IMG/VR virus record: IMGVR_UViG_3300023106_000013 | Coordinates: 1 to 56,613 of that record | DNA: 56,613 bases | Origin: a virus | Taxonomy: Duplodnaviria; Caudoviricetes | Reading direction: 5' to 3' (one strand) | In this document: in pieces, positions 1 through 8,189 of the stretch | Layout: every line of letters begins with the position of its first letter | Numbering within the stretch: the first letter of the stretch is position 1 | Program-made: the position numbers and the translations under genes | The notes under the pieces: generated by a model | Seen by the model: the letters and a program-made list of their open reading frames with translations, nothing else | Databases searched by the model: none | Told to the model about the DNA's origin: nothing

Positions 1-1233
1 GAATGCGGCCTGAGCAGTGTATGGCAGTCCGTTATCCGTTCCGCCAACCTCTGCCAGCCTTACCGTTCCATCATTGCACCCGAAATACATTTGGCGATTA
101 TGGACGCCAAAGCACCGATTATCCCAGCCGGTATAGGTGGAGATAGCGCCGGTCTTGAGATTTCCTACAATGGTTAGAGTGGGCTGATTTCCAGTCGCAG
201 GGGTATTGACGTAAAAGGCGTCCTTGCTATCGACCTTGGCGATTTCCCACGGAAGCGAGGCACGAGAGATTGCAGCCTCATTCCACGTGGGTTCGATCTT
301 GACCGAAATAGCATCCATGCCCAGAGCGCCGGGGTCTTTGTAACGGGCTGCGGAAACAGGAACCATGCCCATTTCCGTGGCAATGATGATATCACCGCCC
401 GCCCTAAACCAACCGTTCTTACCCATGGGCTTTGAAATGTCATAGACGTTGACCAGTGACCAGTCAGAACCGCCGGGGAACGATCCAGTAAACACAGCAG
501 CCTCTCCCTCAGTGGACATGACCACAAGATAGGACTGCATTGAAGCCGCGCCGCTTTCGCTGGACCATGTGGCTGTGAAGAGGATCGATCCGCCCTTATT
601 GAATATCCCCGACAGGCTCAAAACAGCAGCCGCGCCGCCAATGCTATCAACCGGCAGATACCAGACATTGAGGCTATTCCCCTCAACCAGATAGATGCGG
701 TTTCGATACGCATTGATATGCGTCAACCCATCCGTCGCCACACCCGTAATCGCTGGCGTCGAACTGGCATTGATGGCCGTCCACGACGCCCCATCATAAA
801 GCTGCAAATCATCCGTGCCGTTCACAACCGGCATGAAATACCCGCCTGTCGTGGCGAAATTGATAAAGGCGTAATAATCTGAGGTCTGGCCTGTGACAGC
901 CGGGGCGGGTGGAATGTTAGGATCAGCAGGCGAGGTCACATCGTAGATACCGCCGCCCGACGCCGCAAAGATTGCCCGCGTATTCCCCACATAGGTCATG
1001 AGGCTCTCGACAGGTTCGGCACCAAGCGTGGCGTGTTTGATATTGCCACCCCGCACAGAAATCCCCGTACGCGTCGGACGCCAGTTGCACATCACGATAG
1101 CCGTCCCCGGCTCCATCGCACCAATGTTCTGGGACGTAACAAGACCCCCAATGGGGGCCGGGAGGGGTTTGGGCTGTGCTTGGGGCCGGGGTTGCCTGCT
1201 ACTCATGCTTGCGAGGCGATTTACAAGGCTCAT
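1..1233 (-). CDS. Head-closure/tail nozzle protein (P22 gp10-like), 3' end cut by window; strain-B allele
   Basis: Near-synonymous variant of 42644..44245. Confidence 0.75.
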   Translation of the reverse strand, partial: MSLVNRLASMSSRQPRPQAQPKPLPAPIGGLVTSQNIGAMEPGTAIVMCNWRPTRTGISVRGGNIKHATLGAEPVESLMTYVGNTRAIFAASGGGIYDVTSPADPNIPPAPAVTGQTSDYYAFINFATTGGYFMPVVNGTDDLQLYDGASWTAINASSTPAITGVATDGLTHINAYRNRIYLVEGNSLNVWYLPVDSIGGAAAVLSLSGIFNKGGSILFTATWSSESGAASMQSYLVVMSTEGEAAVFTGSFPGGSDWSLVNVYDISKPMGKNGWFRAGGDIIIATEMGMVPVSAARYKDPGALGMDAISVKIEPTWNEAAISRASLPWEIAKVDSKDAFYVNTPATGNQPTLTIVGNLKTGAISTYTGWDNRCFGVHNRQMYFGCNDGTVRLAEVGGTDNGLPYTAQAAF

Positions 1234-1907
1234 CCGAACGCTCCGGGCATGGTGTATCGGCCTCTAATTCCGCCGCCGATAATTGTCTGTCGAGAGCCAA
1301 CATCGCGGAAGCGCTGCTTTTCTAGGCGCTCCTGGTACTTGGCTAGATCAGCCGAGAAGTCGAAGCCCTTGGCCTCTTTCCAATTCCAGATAAACGAAAG
1401 GCGCAACAGTTCATCATCGAGAACGAACGTGTCAGTGTCAGCCGTGAACGTTGATGGATCGGACCCGACCACGATACTGGTTGAGATATAGCCATAGGAC
1501 AGCGGCATATTATCAGGCAGGATCGGCATGACATTGAGATTGCCGCCGAACACCATCCAGCGCTGCTGCCATGTCGCTACGGGGTAATCGATCAGTTCAA
1601 GCCAATGATTGAAGTCCTGCATTTGCTGAGCAGGGTAGAAACGCCAATTCGGCCCGATAAGGGACGCATCCTTGACCATGCGGCTATAGTCGCTGGGGAG
1701 GGGGAAGGATGTCGCAATCCCGTCACCAGCAATTGTTGCAGTACGGATAAGGCGCTGCCAATCATAGTCATCAAGGATTTGCAGCGCCGCCGTGTTGACG
1801 GTGTTCGTTAGCTCCAAAGCCGTGCGATCAGTGCTGGCAAAGAGCGCTTGCGGGCGCTCAACGTCGATAACAAGACTAGCTGACTGCACGATCTGGAGGA
1901 TGTTCAT
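1230..1907 (-). CDS. Head-tail adaptor protein
   Basis: 225 aa, YDWQRL motif, located between capsid genes and nozzle gene. Confidence 0.7.
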   Translation of the reverse strand: MNILQIVQSASLVIDVERPQALFASTDRTALELTNTVNTAALQILDDYDWQRLIRTATIAGDGIATSFPLPSDYSRMVKDASLIGPNWRFYPAQQMQDFNHWLELIDYPVATWQQRWMVFGGNLNVMPILPDNMPLSYGYISTSIVVGSDPSTFTADTDTFVLDDELLRLSFIWNWKEAKGFDFSADLAKYQERLEKQRFRDVGSRQTIIGGGIRGRYTMPGAFG

Positions 1908-2608
1908 TATGCCTCACTAGGCGGCGTTTCGCTCAGGATGTTCAGAAGAGTAGCGCGGTTGGGGTTCCCCTTTGGGCGCGCCCCGTAGGCATCGAAAATC
2001 GCCTGCTTTAGCTCTTCATCGGTGCGCGGGTCATCAGTGCTGTCAGGCTCAATCGTTTCGGAGCCAATGGGCGCTGGACGGTTTTCCTGCACCATACGAA
2101 CAAGCTCATCATTGCGAGCTTGCAGGGCTGCGATCTGAGCGAGTACATCCTTCATATCCACACGGCCACCGGCAGCGGCAAGATACTTCTGCGCAGCCTG
2201 TTTGAGCGAATGACCCTGCGGACCAAGGTTCTTGATGTTCTGCCCTTCAAGGCTTGCGAGGTTTTCAATACTGAAGATGGACAGCGCCTTGAGCGTCGAA
2301 AGCTGCACAGCCGTCAGGCCGGGGAGGTTCTGGAGTGGGGTGCCCGTAGCCTCATTGCCACCAGTTTCCTTAAACTTCCGATAATGGTCGGGGAAGCGCA
2401 TGGCGTGGGTGATGACTTCGCCGTTCCGCTCCTCGTGGAAGCCATGGGCAAGATCGTGAAAGTTGAAATTGCGGTTGCCTGCGAAGCGGTATTCAATGCG
2501 CTCCTCATCAACGAAGATAGGACGGCCAGCCTCACGGGAGGCCAGAACGTCCTCAACCTGAGAGGTGTAGAAAATAGGCGTCATGCCTGCCTGTTCAGCG
2601 GTCTGCAT
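1907..2608 (-). CDS. Phage head-region protein with helix-hairpin-helix-like segment
   Basis: LQNLPGLTAVQLSTLKALSIFSIENLA; TAATG coupling to adaptor gene. Confidence 0.6.
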   Translation of the reverse strand: MQTAEQAGMTPIFYTSQVEDVLASREAGRPIFVDEERIEYRFAGNRNFNFHDLAHGFHEERNGEVITHAMRFPDHYRKFKETGGNEATGTPLQNLPGLTAVQLSTLKALSIFSIENLASLEGQNIKNLGPQGHSLKQAAQKYLAAAGGRVDMKDVLAQIAALQARNDELVRMVQENRPAPIGSETIEPDSTDDPRTDEELKQAIFDAYGARPKGNPNRATLLNILSETPPSEA

Positions 2609-2632
2609 TCAAGTTGTCCTTATGTCTGAGAT

Positions 2633-2665
2633 AAGAGAAAGGCCGGAGCGAACCCCGGCCCCTTT
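2633..2665 (-). terminator. Intrinsic terminator after capsid/decoration genes
   Basis: - strand ggccgggg-ttcg-ctccggcc followed by tttctctt. Confidence 0.75.
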
Positions 2666-2668
2666 GTC

Positions 2669-3004
2669 TTAGGTTGGGTTGGCGTTAAACGCCCCACGCC
2701 GAACGTGGACAGCCTCACCAGTCAGGATCGCAAGGCCGGGAGGGGTATAGAAACCGCCCGCGCCGGTTGCGATGGACTTGGTCGCGGGCGTCATCGTAAC
2801 CTGAGTGCCGGTAGTAGCCGTGGCTGCAATGTCAGCAGTCGCCACGACCCAGAAGTATTCACCCCCATCAACGCCGCGAACGACGCTGCCAAGCTGGTAG
2901 GAGGGTGCGCCGATGCTGTTAGCGCCATCATAGAACGCGACAGGCGCGAACTTCTGAGTAACGTCAGGACCAAGCGAGGGAGTAATGCGGAAGGGGTAAG
3001 CCAT
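2669..3004 (-). CDS. Putative capsid decoration/cement protein
   Basis: 111 aa, Gly/Ala/Thr-rich, directly after major capsid gene with strong RBS (aggaga). Confidence 0.5.
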   Translation of the reverse strand: MAYPFRITPSLGPDVTQKFAPVAFYDGANSIGAPSYQLGSVVRGVDGGEYFWVVATADIAATATTGTQVTMTPATKSIATGAGGFYTPPGLAILTGEAVHVRRGAFNANPT

Positions 3005-3019
3005 TTGTGTTTTCTCCTA

Positions 3020-4033
3020 TCACGCGGCTGGATTCGAGTCATAGAAGCGCCAGCTGTACTGAGGATTGCCCAGAACGAACTGACCTTCCCAGCCGATGAA
3101 CTGTGCGAGCGCATCTTGATTGAGCGGCATCTGACCATCACCTTCAAAGAGACGATCAAAGGCGAACTCATCGCGGTAGTACACATACAGCGAACGGCTT
3201 TCGAGGCCATAGGTTGTATTGGCTGGCATGGAAGCACGAATGCCCGAAGCCAGAACAGCATCAGCGCGACGGCCCGAACCGATGAACTCCAGAGCAGAGA
3301 ACCCGATAGCGCCAAGGCGCGTCTGGTTGACAATGCGCTGATGCGCGACCATCGAGCTTTCAAGGGCGCTGAAGTGCTCCTGCGACATGACCAGCAGGTC
3401 AGCCGAACGGTTGCCCTTCATGCGACGGCCCATGATTTCTCGAAGCATCGGCTGGATCGTGGTCGAAGTAACCTGAGTGCCAATGGTCGGGAAGGCAGAG
3501 TTTGCGTCCCAAGTGGTCGTCTGCCATTCTGGAATGGTGCGGGAGATACCGCCATACACGCCAGTATTGGTGACGATGGGAAGCGCAGCACCAAGGCCAA
3601 CCATGTCACGACCATTAAAGGACGTGCCATTGCCGTTGATGGCGATTTCCAGACCGTCATTCAGGCTTTCAGTCGCAGCCTGAACATAGGACCGAATAAG
3701 CGGAATCATCCGGTCGCCAGTGTTAGCGCGGATTTCAGTGCCGGTGAAGCTGATCGGGGCGTAGATGGCGCTGGGCTGGAACACAGCGTCGTTGAACAGT
3801 TCGATGGGCGGGTTTTCGAGGAAATCGTAGCCCGTCGCCCACTGTGTGCCCTGCTTGGCAAACTGGAGGTGATGGCGGATTTCAGGGCCGTCAAAAGAGC
3901 GGTAGTTACCCTTTTCCTTGACGGTATTGAAAACCACGTTGGAGTTGTAGACCAGTTCCTCAATGCCCGGCTTGTAATAGGCCAGAGTGGCGCTGAGGGT
4001 CTGCTGATAAGCACGCACCGGATTAATGGGCAT
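3020..4033 (-). CDS. Major capsid protein
   Basis: 337 aa after scaffold gene; biased codon usage; capsid-like segments (ESLNDGLEIAINGNG, GGISR, GNPQYS). Confidence 0.85.
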   Translation of the reverse strand: MPINPVRAYQQTLSATLAYYKPGIEELVYNSNVVFNTVKEKGNYRSFDGPEIRHHLQFAKQGTQWATGYDFLENPPIELFNDAVFQPSAIYAPISFTGTEIRANTGDRMIPLIRSYVQAATESLNDGLEIAINGNGTSFNGRDMVGLGAALPIVTNTGVYGGISRTIPEWQTTTWDANSAFPTIGTQVTSTTIQPMLREIMGRRMKGNRSADLLVMSQEHFSALESSMVAHQRIVNQTRLGAIGFSALEFIGSGRRADAVLASGIRASMPANTTYGLESRSLYVYYRDEFAFDRLFEGDGQMPLNQDALAQFIGWEGQFVLGNPQYSWRFYDSNPAA

Positions 4034-4058
4034 GTAACATTCCCTTAGGGTTTAGAGA

Positions 4059-5249
4059 TCAACCATTGACGGATCGCGCCGCCATTTTGATTGCCTCATC
4101 GAGTGACAGTTTGGCGGACTTGCGCGGGACTTCTGCCCCGTAGGAAAGTGCGCCTTTGACGGATCTACTGCCAGCCGGGTTTAGCGGCCTCTGGGCATTC
4201 GGTGCCGGGGCTACCGGCTCTTGCTGGGTATAGGAACCAACGGGGTTTATCCGTTCGGCCATGTCGTATGCTGCTTCCAAACGCTGTCGTTCAGGAAGTG
4301 TGAACGGCACTTTACCACTGTTCAGGAAAAACGCAATATCGGGCTCTAGCTCCTGATACCGTGGATGCTCTGCTTTGAACGGCGCGATGATGGAACGTTC
4401 AATCTCTGCATTACGCGCCTGCTCTCGGTCCTGCTGGGTTCCAGCAGTGAGTTGCTGAATCTGCTGCGTCAGGGTTTGGACTTGCTGCTGAAGCGCCTGA
4501 GTTTGCCGGTCTGCCTGCGTCGGAGCGGGTTGATTAGCCTGCCCCATGACATGCTGGGCATACTGCTGGGGAGTGACGCCGATGGACTGCAAAATGCGCT
4601 CGACACCAGCAGCGGGGTTTTCGCGAAGGAGCTTGTCAATGTTGGTGTAGTTTGCAAGCGCTTCCTTTACGGTTGTGCCCGCGCCCTTCGCCATCTCATC
4701 GAACTCGCGAAGCTCCTTGCGGTACTCCACGGCTTCGCGGCCCTCATCAAGGCCTTTCTCGTAGTTCTCCATCATGCGGTGCACTTCGCCGCGAACATCC
4801 GGGTTTACCCCAGCCCATGCCTCTTTGGCGCGTGGCAAGAAGTGAGCAGGAGCGCGATTGATATCCCGGCCCTCAGACGGACGAGGTTCGCCGCGTTCCT
4901 GCTCTACTTCCGCACCTTCCGCTGGGTCGCCAGCTTCGGGGTCTAGTTCTGCCTTGGGTTTGGCAGTGAATTTTCCATTATCGCCACGTTCAGGTGCTAC
5001 CTTCTCAGGCTTAGGCTCAACCTTGGCTTCTGGCTTTGCCTCTTTGGGCTCAACCTTTGGCTTGGGTTCCTTATCGGCGCTTTCCTTCGTCTCGGCTGCG
5101 GCCTGCTTTACAGCATCCTCAAGAGACATGGGCTTTTCAGGCTCAACGGGCTCTGGGGCTGGAGCATCAGGGCGAAACTCTGCGCTCCCCGGAGCAGGCG
5201 CATCATTGTCGATAACCGTGGAGAGAGGTTCGGTATTCAATTCGGTCAT
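4059..5249 (-). CDS. Capsid scaffolding protein
   Basis: Acidic Pro/Glu/Lys-rich N-terminus with RGDNGKF motif, Gln-rich coiled coil, LEAAYDMA motif; precedes capsid gene. Confidence 0.8.
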   Translation of the reverse strand: MTELNTEPLSTVIDNDAPAPGSAEFRPDAPAPEPVEPEKPMSLEDAVKQAAAETKESADKEPKPKVEPKEAKPEAKVEPKPEKVAPERGDNGKFTAKPKAELDPEAGDPAEGAEVEQERGEPRPSEGRDINRAPAHFLPRAKEAWAGVNPDVRGEVHRMMENYEKGLDEGREAVEYRKELREFDEMAKGAGTTVKEALANYTNIDKLLRENPAAGVERILQSIGVTPQQYAQHVMGQANQPAPTQADRQTQALQQQVQTLTQQIQQLTAGTQQDREQARNAEIERSIIAPFKAEHPRYQELEPDIAFFLNSGKVPFTLPERQRLEAAYDMAERINPVGSYTQQEPVAPAPNAQRPLNPAGSRSVKGALSYGAEVPRKSAKLSLDEAIKMAARSVNG

Positions 5250-5281
5250 TTTGTTTCCCTTGTCTGAGTTGGGAGGTTTAG

Positions 5282-5641
5282 TTATTCGCCAAGGCGACCG
5301 GCGTTAAGATCGGCAAAGGCCCGTTCTGTCGCCTCACGTATCAGGTTCTCATCTGGCTTGCGGTTCGCCTGCGCTTGCTGCTTGTAGGACTGGTCATCGC
5401 CTATCTCCACAAAAGTAGCCCCCTGAGGGTTTCCACCGGGCTTGTAGCTCTCACGCATAGCGGCTTTGGATGTGTACATTTGACCGTCAGCCATGCTCAT
5501 GAGCGCGGGTTGCTCATCGCTAGTGTTGATGCGCGGGAGCGGGGGCGGGTTGCGATCATCGTATGTGCGATAAACGATTGGCTCAACCTCGCCAGTATCG
5601 AGATTCAAGAAACCGCCCGGAACTGATTTATACCGGGTCAT
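5282..5641 (-). CDS. Phage head-region hypothetical protein
   Basis: 119 aa, SMADGQMYTSKAAMR...VEIGDD motif; ATGA coupling. Confidence 0.7.
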   Translation of the reverse strand: MTRYKSVPGGFLNLDTGEVEPIVYRTYDDRNPPPLPRINTSDEQPALMSMADGQMYTSKAAMRESYKPGGNPQGATFVEIGDDQSYKQQAQANRKPDENLIREATERAFADLNAGRLGE

Positions 5642-5769
5642 ACGAACCTCACTGCATATTGCCCGAACTTGATAAGCCCGTAGGCCGCTGCGATCACGAG
5701 ACTACGCATAAAAACCCACATACCTATTGCGCGGAGCTTTTCGCCGTCTGAGAGCGAATGTTTGTCCAT
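5638..5769 (-). CDS. Small membrane protein (43 aa)
   Basis: [43 protein letters not shown]; coupled to both neighbours. Confidence 0.5.
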   Translation of the reverse strand: MDKHSLSDGEKLRAIGMWVFMRSLVIAAAYGLIKFGQYAVRFV

Positions 5770-6461
5770 TATCCTAGTGCCTGATCCGTTGCTGATGTAA
5801 TTGTTGCTGTCGTTCCTGAGACGCGGCGAAGGGCCCAGAACCAGCCTGTAGGAACCCATGCTGACAACTGATTGCGCTGCCCGATGCCTAAGCCGATAAC
5901 CAATGCAATGCCTGTCACGGAAGCGCGGAATGTAGCTACCGCCGTTCCGCCCGTTCCTGCTGCTACCTGAGCCTGAACGGGGCCAATGCGAAGCTCTACG
6001 GTATCGGCCTGCGTACCAATCACTGTCACTGTATACGCAGTGTCGATCATGGCGCTGATAAAGCTAGGTTTCGTCGGTACAGATGCCGCGTAAGCCGTGC
6101 CAAAGGCGGGCGTTACCACAGTCGGAGCGGAGACGATGGCGGGGCCAGCGGGGCCGGTTGCGCCATTAGTCCCATTCGTGCCGTTTGTTCCTGCGGTGCC
6201 TGTGGCTCCGGTGAGCCCTATCGGGCCTTGTGAACCAGTATCCCCTTTAGCGCCAGTTGCTCCCGTGCTTCCTGTCGCGCCAACGGGTCCGGCTGGGCCG
6301 ATGGGTCCGATTGAACCAGTAGGTCCAGATGGTCCAGTGTTCCCCGTAGCCCCAACCGCACCCGTTGCTCCGGTATCGCCCTTATCACCTTTGACTCCCT
6401 GCGGGCCTTGGGCTCCATTCCTTCCGACAATCGGGTTCTGTACGCTCCAGTGGTTTATCAC
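5769..6461 (-). CDS. Collagen-like fibre protein
   Basis: About 30 Gly-X-Y triplets followed by a beta-rich C-terminal domain. Confidence 0.85.
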   Translation of the reverse strand: MINHWSVQNPIVGRNGAQGPQGVKGDKGDTGATGAVGATGNTGPSGPTGSIGPIGPAGPVGATGSTGATGAKGDTGSQGPIGLTGATGTAGTNGTNGTNGATGPAGPAIVSAPTVVTPAFGTAYAASVPTKPSFISAMIDTAYTVTVIGTQADTVELRIGPVQAQVAAGTGGTAVATFRASVTGIALVIGLGIGQRNQLSAWVPTGWFWALRRVSGTTATITSATDQALG

Positions 6462-6775
6462 AGCGCACCAATCTCATAATCGACAGTGCCAGCAGCCGAC
6501 ATACCTGGGTCCATCGTAATTTCGAAAGCTTCACCCGGGCCATTCTTGTAGGTGTTCTGGCTGTCTGAGCTTTTGTATCGAATCTGCCCGCCATCAGTCA
6601 CGTAGTATGGACCAGCTACTAGATTGCTTGCCGACCAAAACCACACCCTAAGGCTAGTTGGAGCGGAATGAGCGAACGTCAGGAATAGCTCACGCGCTAG
6701 GAAATACTCGCTTGTTCCCGGCGTGAAGATAACGTGAGGACCGGGGCCGGTAATGTCTATGCTTTGACGTGACAA
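6458..6775 (-). CDS. Hypothetical virion-associated protein
   Basis: 105 aa beta-rich ORF, RBS, GTGA overlap with next gene. Confidence 0.6.
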   Translation of the reverse strand: MSRQSIDITGPGPHVIFTPGTSEYFLARELFLTFAHSAPTSLRVWFWSASNLVAGPYYVTDGGQIRYKSSDSQNTYKNGPGEAFEITMDPGMSAAGTVDYEIGAL

Positions 6776-6784
6776 TGCACTCTC

Positions 6785-7300
6785 CTAAAAGCCAAAGAGC
6801 AATTCATAGACTGCGGCAGGGGTGAGATTGCCAACGCCAGCCGCAAACCGTACCCACGTATTGCCGCCGATCAATTCAGTCTCATATGAGGTAATTGGGA
6901 ATCCGCCGATGGAAACCTTTAGGCCCTGAAGTGCTAGGAGGTAGTTGCTTTGGAACACCGCCAGATAGCGTCCGCTTGCAGTGTCATTGTAGAATGACAG
7001 GAGCGTGGTTGAGGCTGTAGGTTGCGCACTTATAGAGCCGAAAGCGGGCTGTGGAAGGGTTGCGGCACCCGTTGAGTACCCAACATGCTGCCCGTTCGTT
7101 CCCGCTGTCATGTTGATTGTCTGGAAATTCCAGTTAACCGGCGTGAAGCCTTGAACGATGAATGGCGTTCCCTTGTTATCCAGCACGATAGGGAGCCCAA
7201 AGCCATTATCTGCAATCGACATTACCGGCGCGTTGACGGCTGTTGGCCTGACTGGAACACCGATGCCATTTGTTGCGATCACTACAGGGAAACCAGCCAT
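6785..7300 (-). CDS. Hypothetical virion-associated protein
   Basis: Start MAGFPVV coupled by TAATG; repeated A(T/D)NG(I/F)G(V/L)P motif. Confidence 0.6.
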   Translation of the reverse strand: MAGFPVVIATNGIGVPVRPTAVNAPVMSIADNGFGLPIVLDNKGTPFIVQGFTPVNWNFQTINMTAGTNGQHVGYSTGAATLPQPAFGSISAQPTASTTLLSFYNDTASGRYLAVFQSNYLLALQGLKVSIGGFPITSYETELIGGNTWVRFAAGVGNLTPAAVYELLFGF

Positions 7301-8013
7301 TAGCTCCAAATCCCGTATGATGCATTGCTATGGATAAGCTGCCATTGCGTTTCAGCGAGACTGTAAATGAACTGGAACAACAGCGTCTTGCCCGTAACCG
7401 TCGAGGTTCGCAGATCAATCGAGGTAAAGGCGTTATATGCTACATTCCATGTGATTGCGCGGTTTGTGCCGTTGTCTCGAATACGAATGATGAGCGATTG
7501 ACCATCAACCGGGATGCCAGTTGGGGCTGCAATCGTCAACGCCCCCGACTGTGCAGAGATGGCTGCAATGTCAGTATTGTTGGCGTTGGGGGTTAGAGTT
7601 GCAGTTGTGGCGACCGTAACAAGGCGGGGCGCTAGATAGGTCGGGATTGCAGGCACCCCACTCAGATCAGCATAAGCGCCGCTAGTGGCAACCGCTGCTA
7701 GCCCGGTGATGGTGCTAGCGGATTGCGTCCCCGTCTGGTTAGCGCGGGCAAAGGCATCCGAGTTCTTATTCTGCGGATCGTACACACTCTTGAGCATGTC
7801 CCCAGCGCCAGCATTTACCCAAGTAAAATCGAGGTTGGCGTTACTGAGCTTGCCGAGAACCTGCCCTGTTAGGCCACCAGCAGGGACAGCCTGCAACATC
7901 GATGCAAGATCGGTACGAATGACTAGGTTTCGATCCACCACGCCAGCGCCGGGGCCTATGGGCAATGTGGACAGATAGTCTCTGAGAGTGCGGCTAGGCA
8001 GTGGCGCGGCCAT
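7300..8013 (-). CDS. Fibre-like virion protein
   Basis: GGLTGQVLGKLSNANLDFTW, GDMLKSVYDP, GLAAVATSGAYADLSG fibre motifs; C-terminal beta domain. Confidence 0.7.
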   Translation of the reverse strand: MAAPLPSRTLRDYLSTLPIGPGAGVVDRNLVIRTDLASMLQAVPAGGLTGQVLGKLSNANLDFTWVNAGAGDMLKSVYDPQNKNSDAFARANQTGTQSASTITGLAAVATSGAYADLSGVPAIPTYLAPRLVTVATTATLTPNANNTDIAAISAQSGALTIAAPTGIPVDGQSLIIRIRDNGTNRAITWNVAYNAFTSIDLRTSTVTGKTLLFQFIYSLAETQWQLIHSNASYGIWS

Positions 8014-8189
8014 TAGGTAGCCTCCCCCATGAGATAGTTGCCGTTATCGTCGGTGAGGTAAACGCCGTTATCGTCCGTGAGAAGAGCCATGCCGGGAGGA
8101 ATGGACGGAACAGCGCCGCCTAAAATGCCAGGATAAGCCAGCCTCACATTAAGCATAAGCCCGCGACGGCCTTTGGTCTTAACGCTCAT
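8013..8189 (-). CDS. Small protein (58 aa) with LTDDNGxYL repeat, absent from ORF track
   Basis: MSVKTKGRRG...LLTDDNGVYLTDDNGNYLMGEAT*; overlaps portal end, TAATG-coupled downstream. Confidence 0.65.
   Translation of the reverse strand: MSVKTKGRRGLMLNVRLAYPGILGGAVPSIPPGMALLTDDNGVYLTDDNGNYLMGEAT

Noticed and set aside
2705-4048. 447-aa + strand ORF (also 45717..47060)
   Set aside because: Antisense shadow of the codon-biased capsid gene; no RBS or recognisable motifs
6097-6519. 140-aa Pro-rich + strand ORF
   Set aside because: Antisense mirror of the collagen Gly-X-Y repeats
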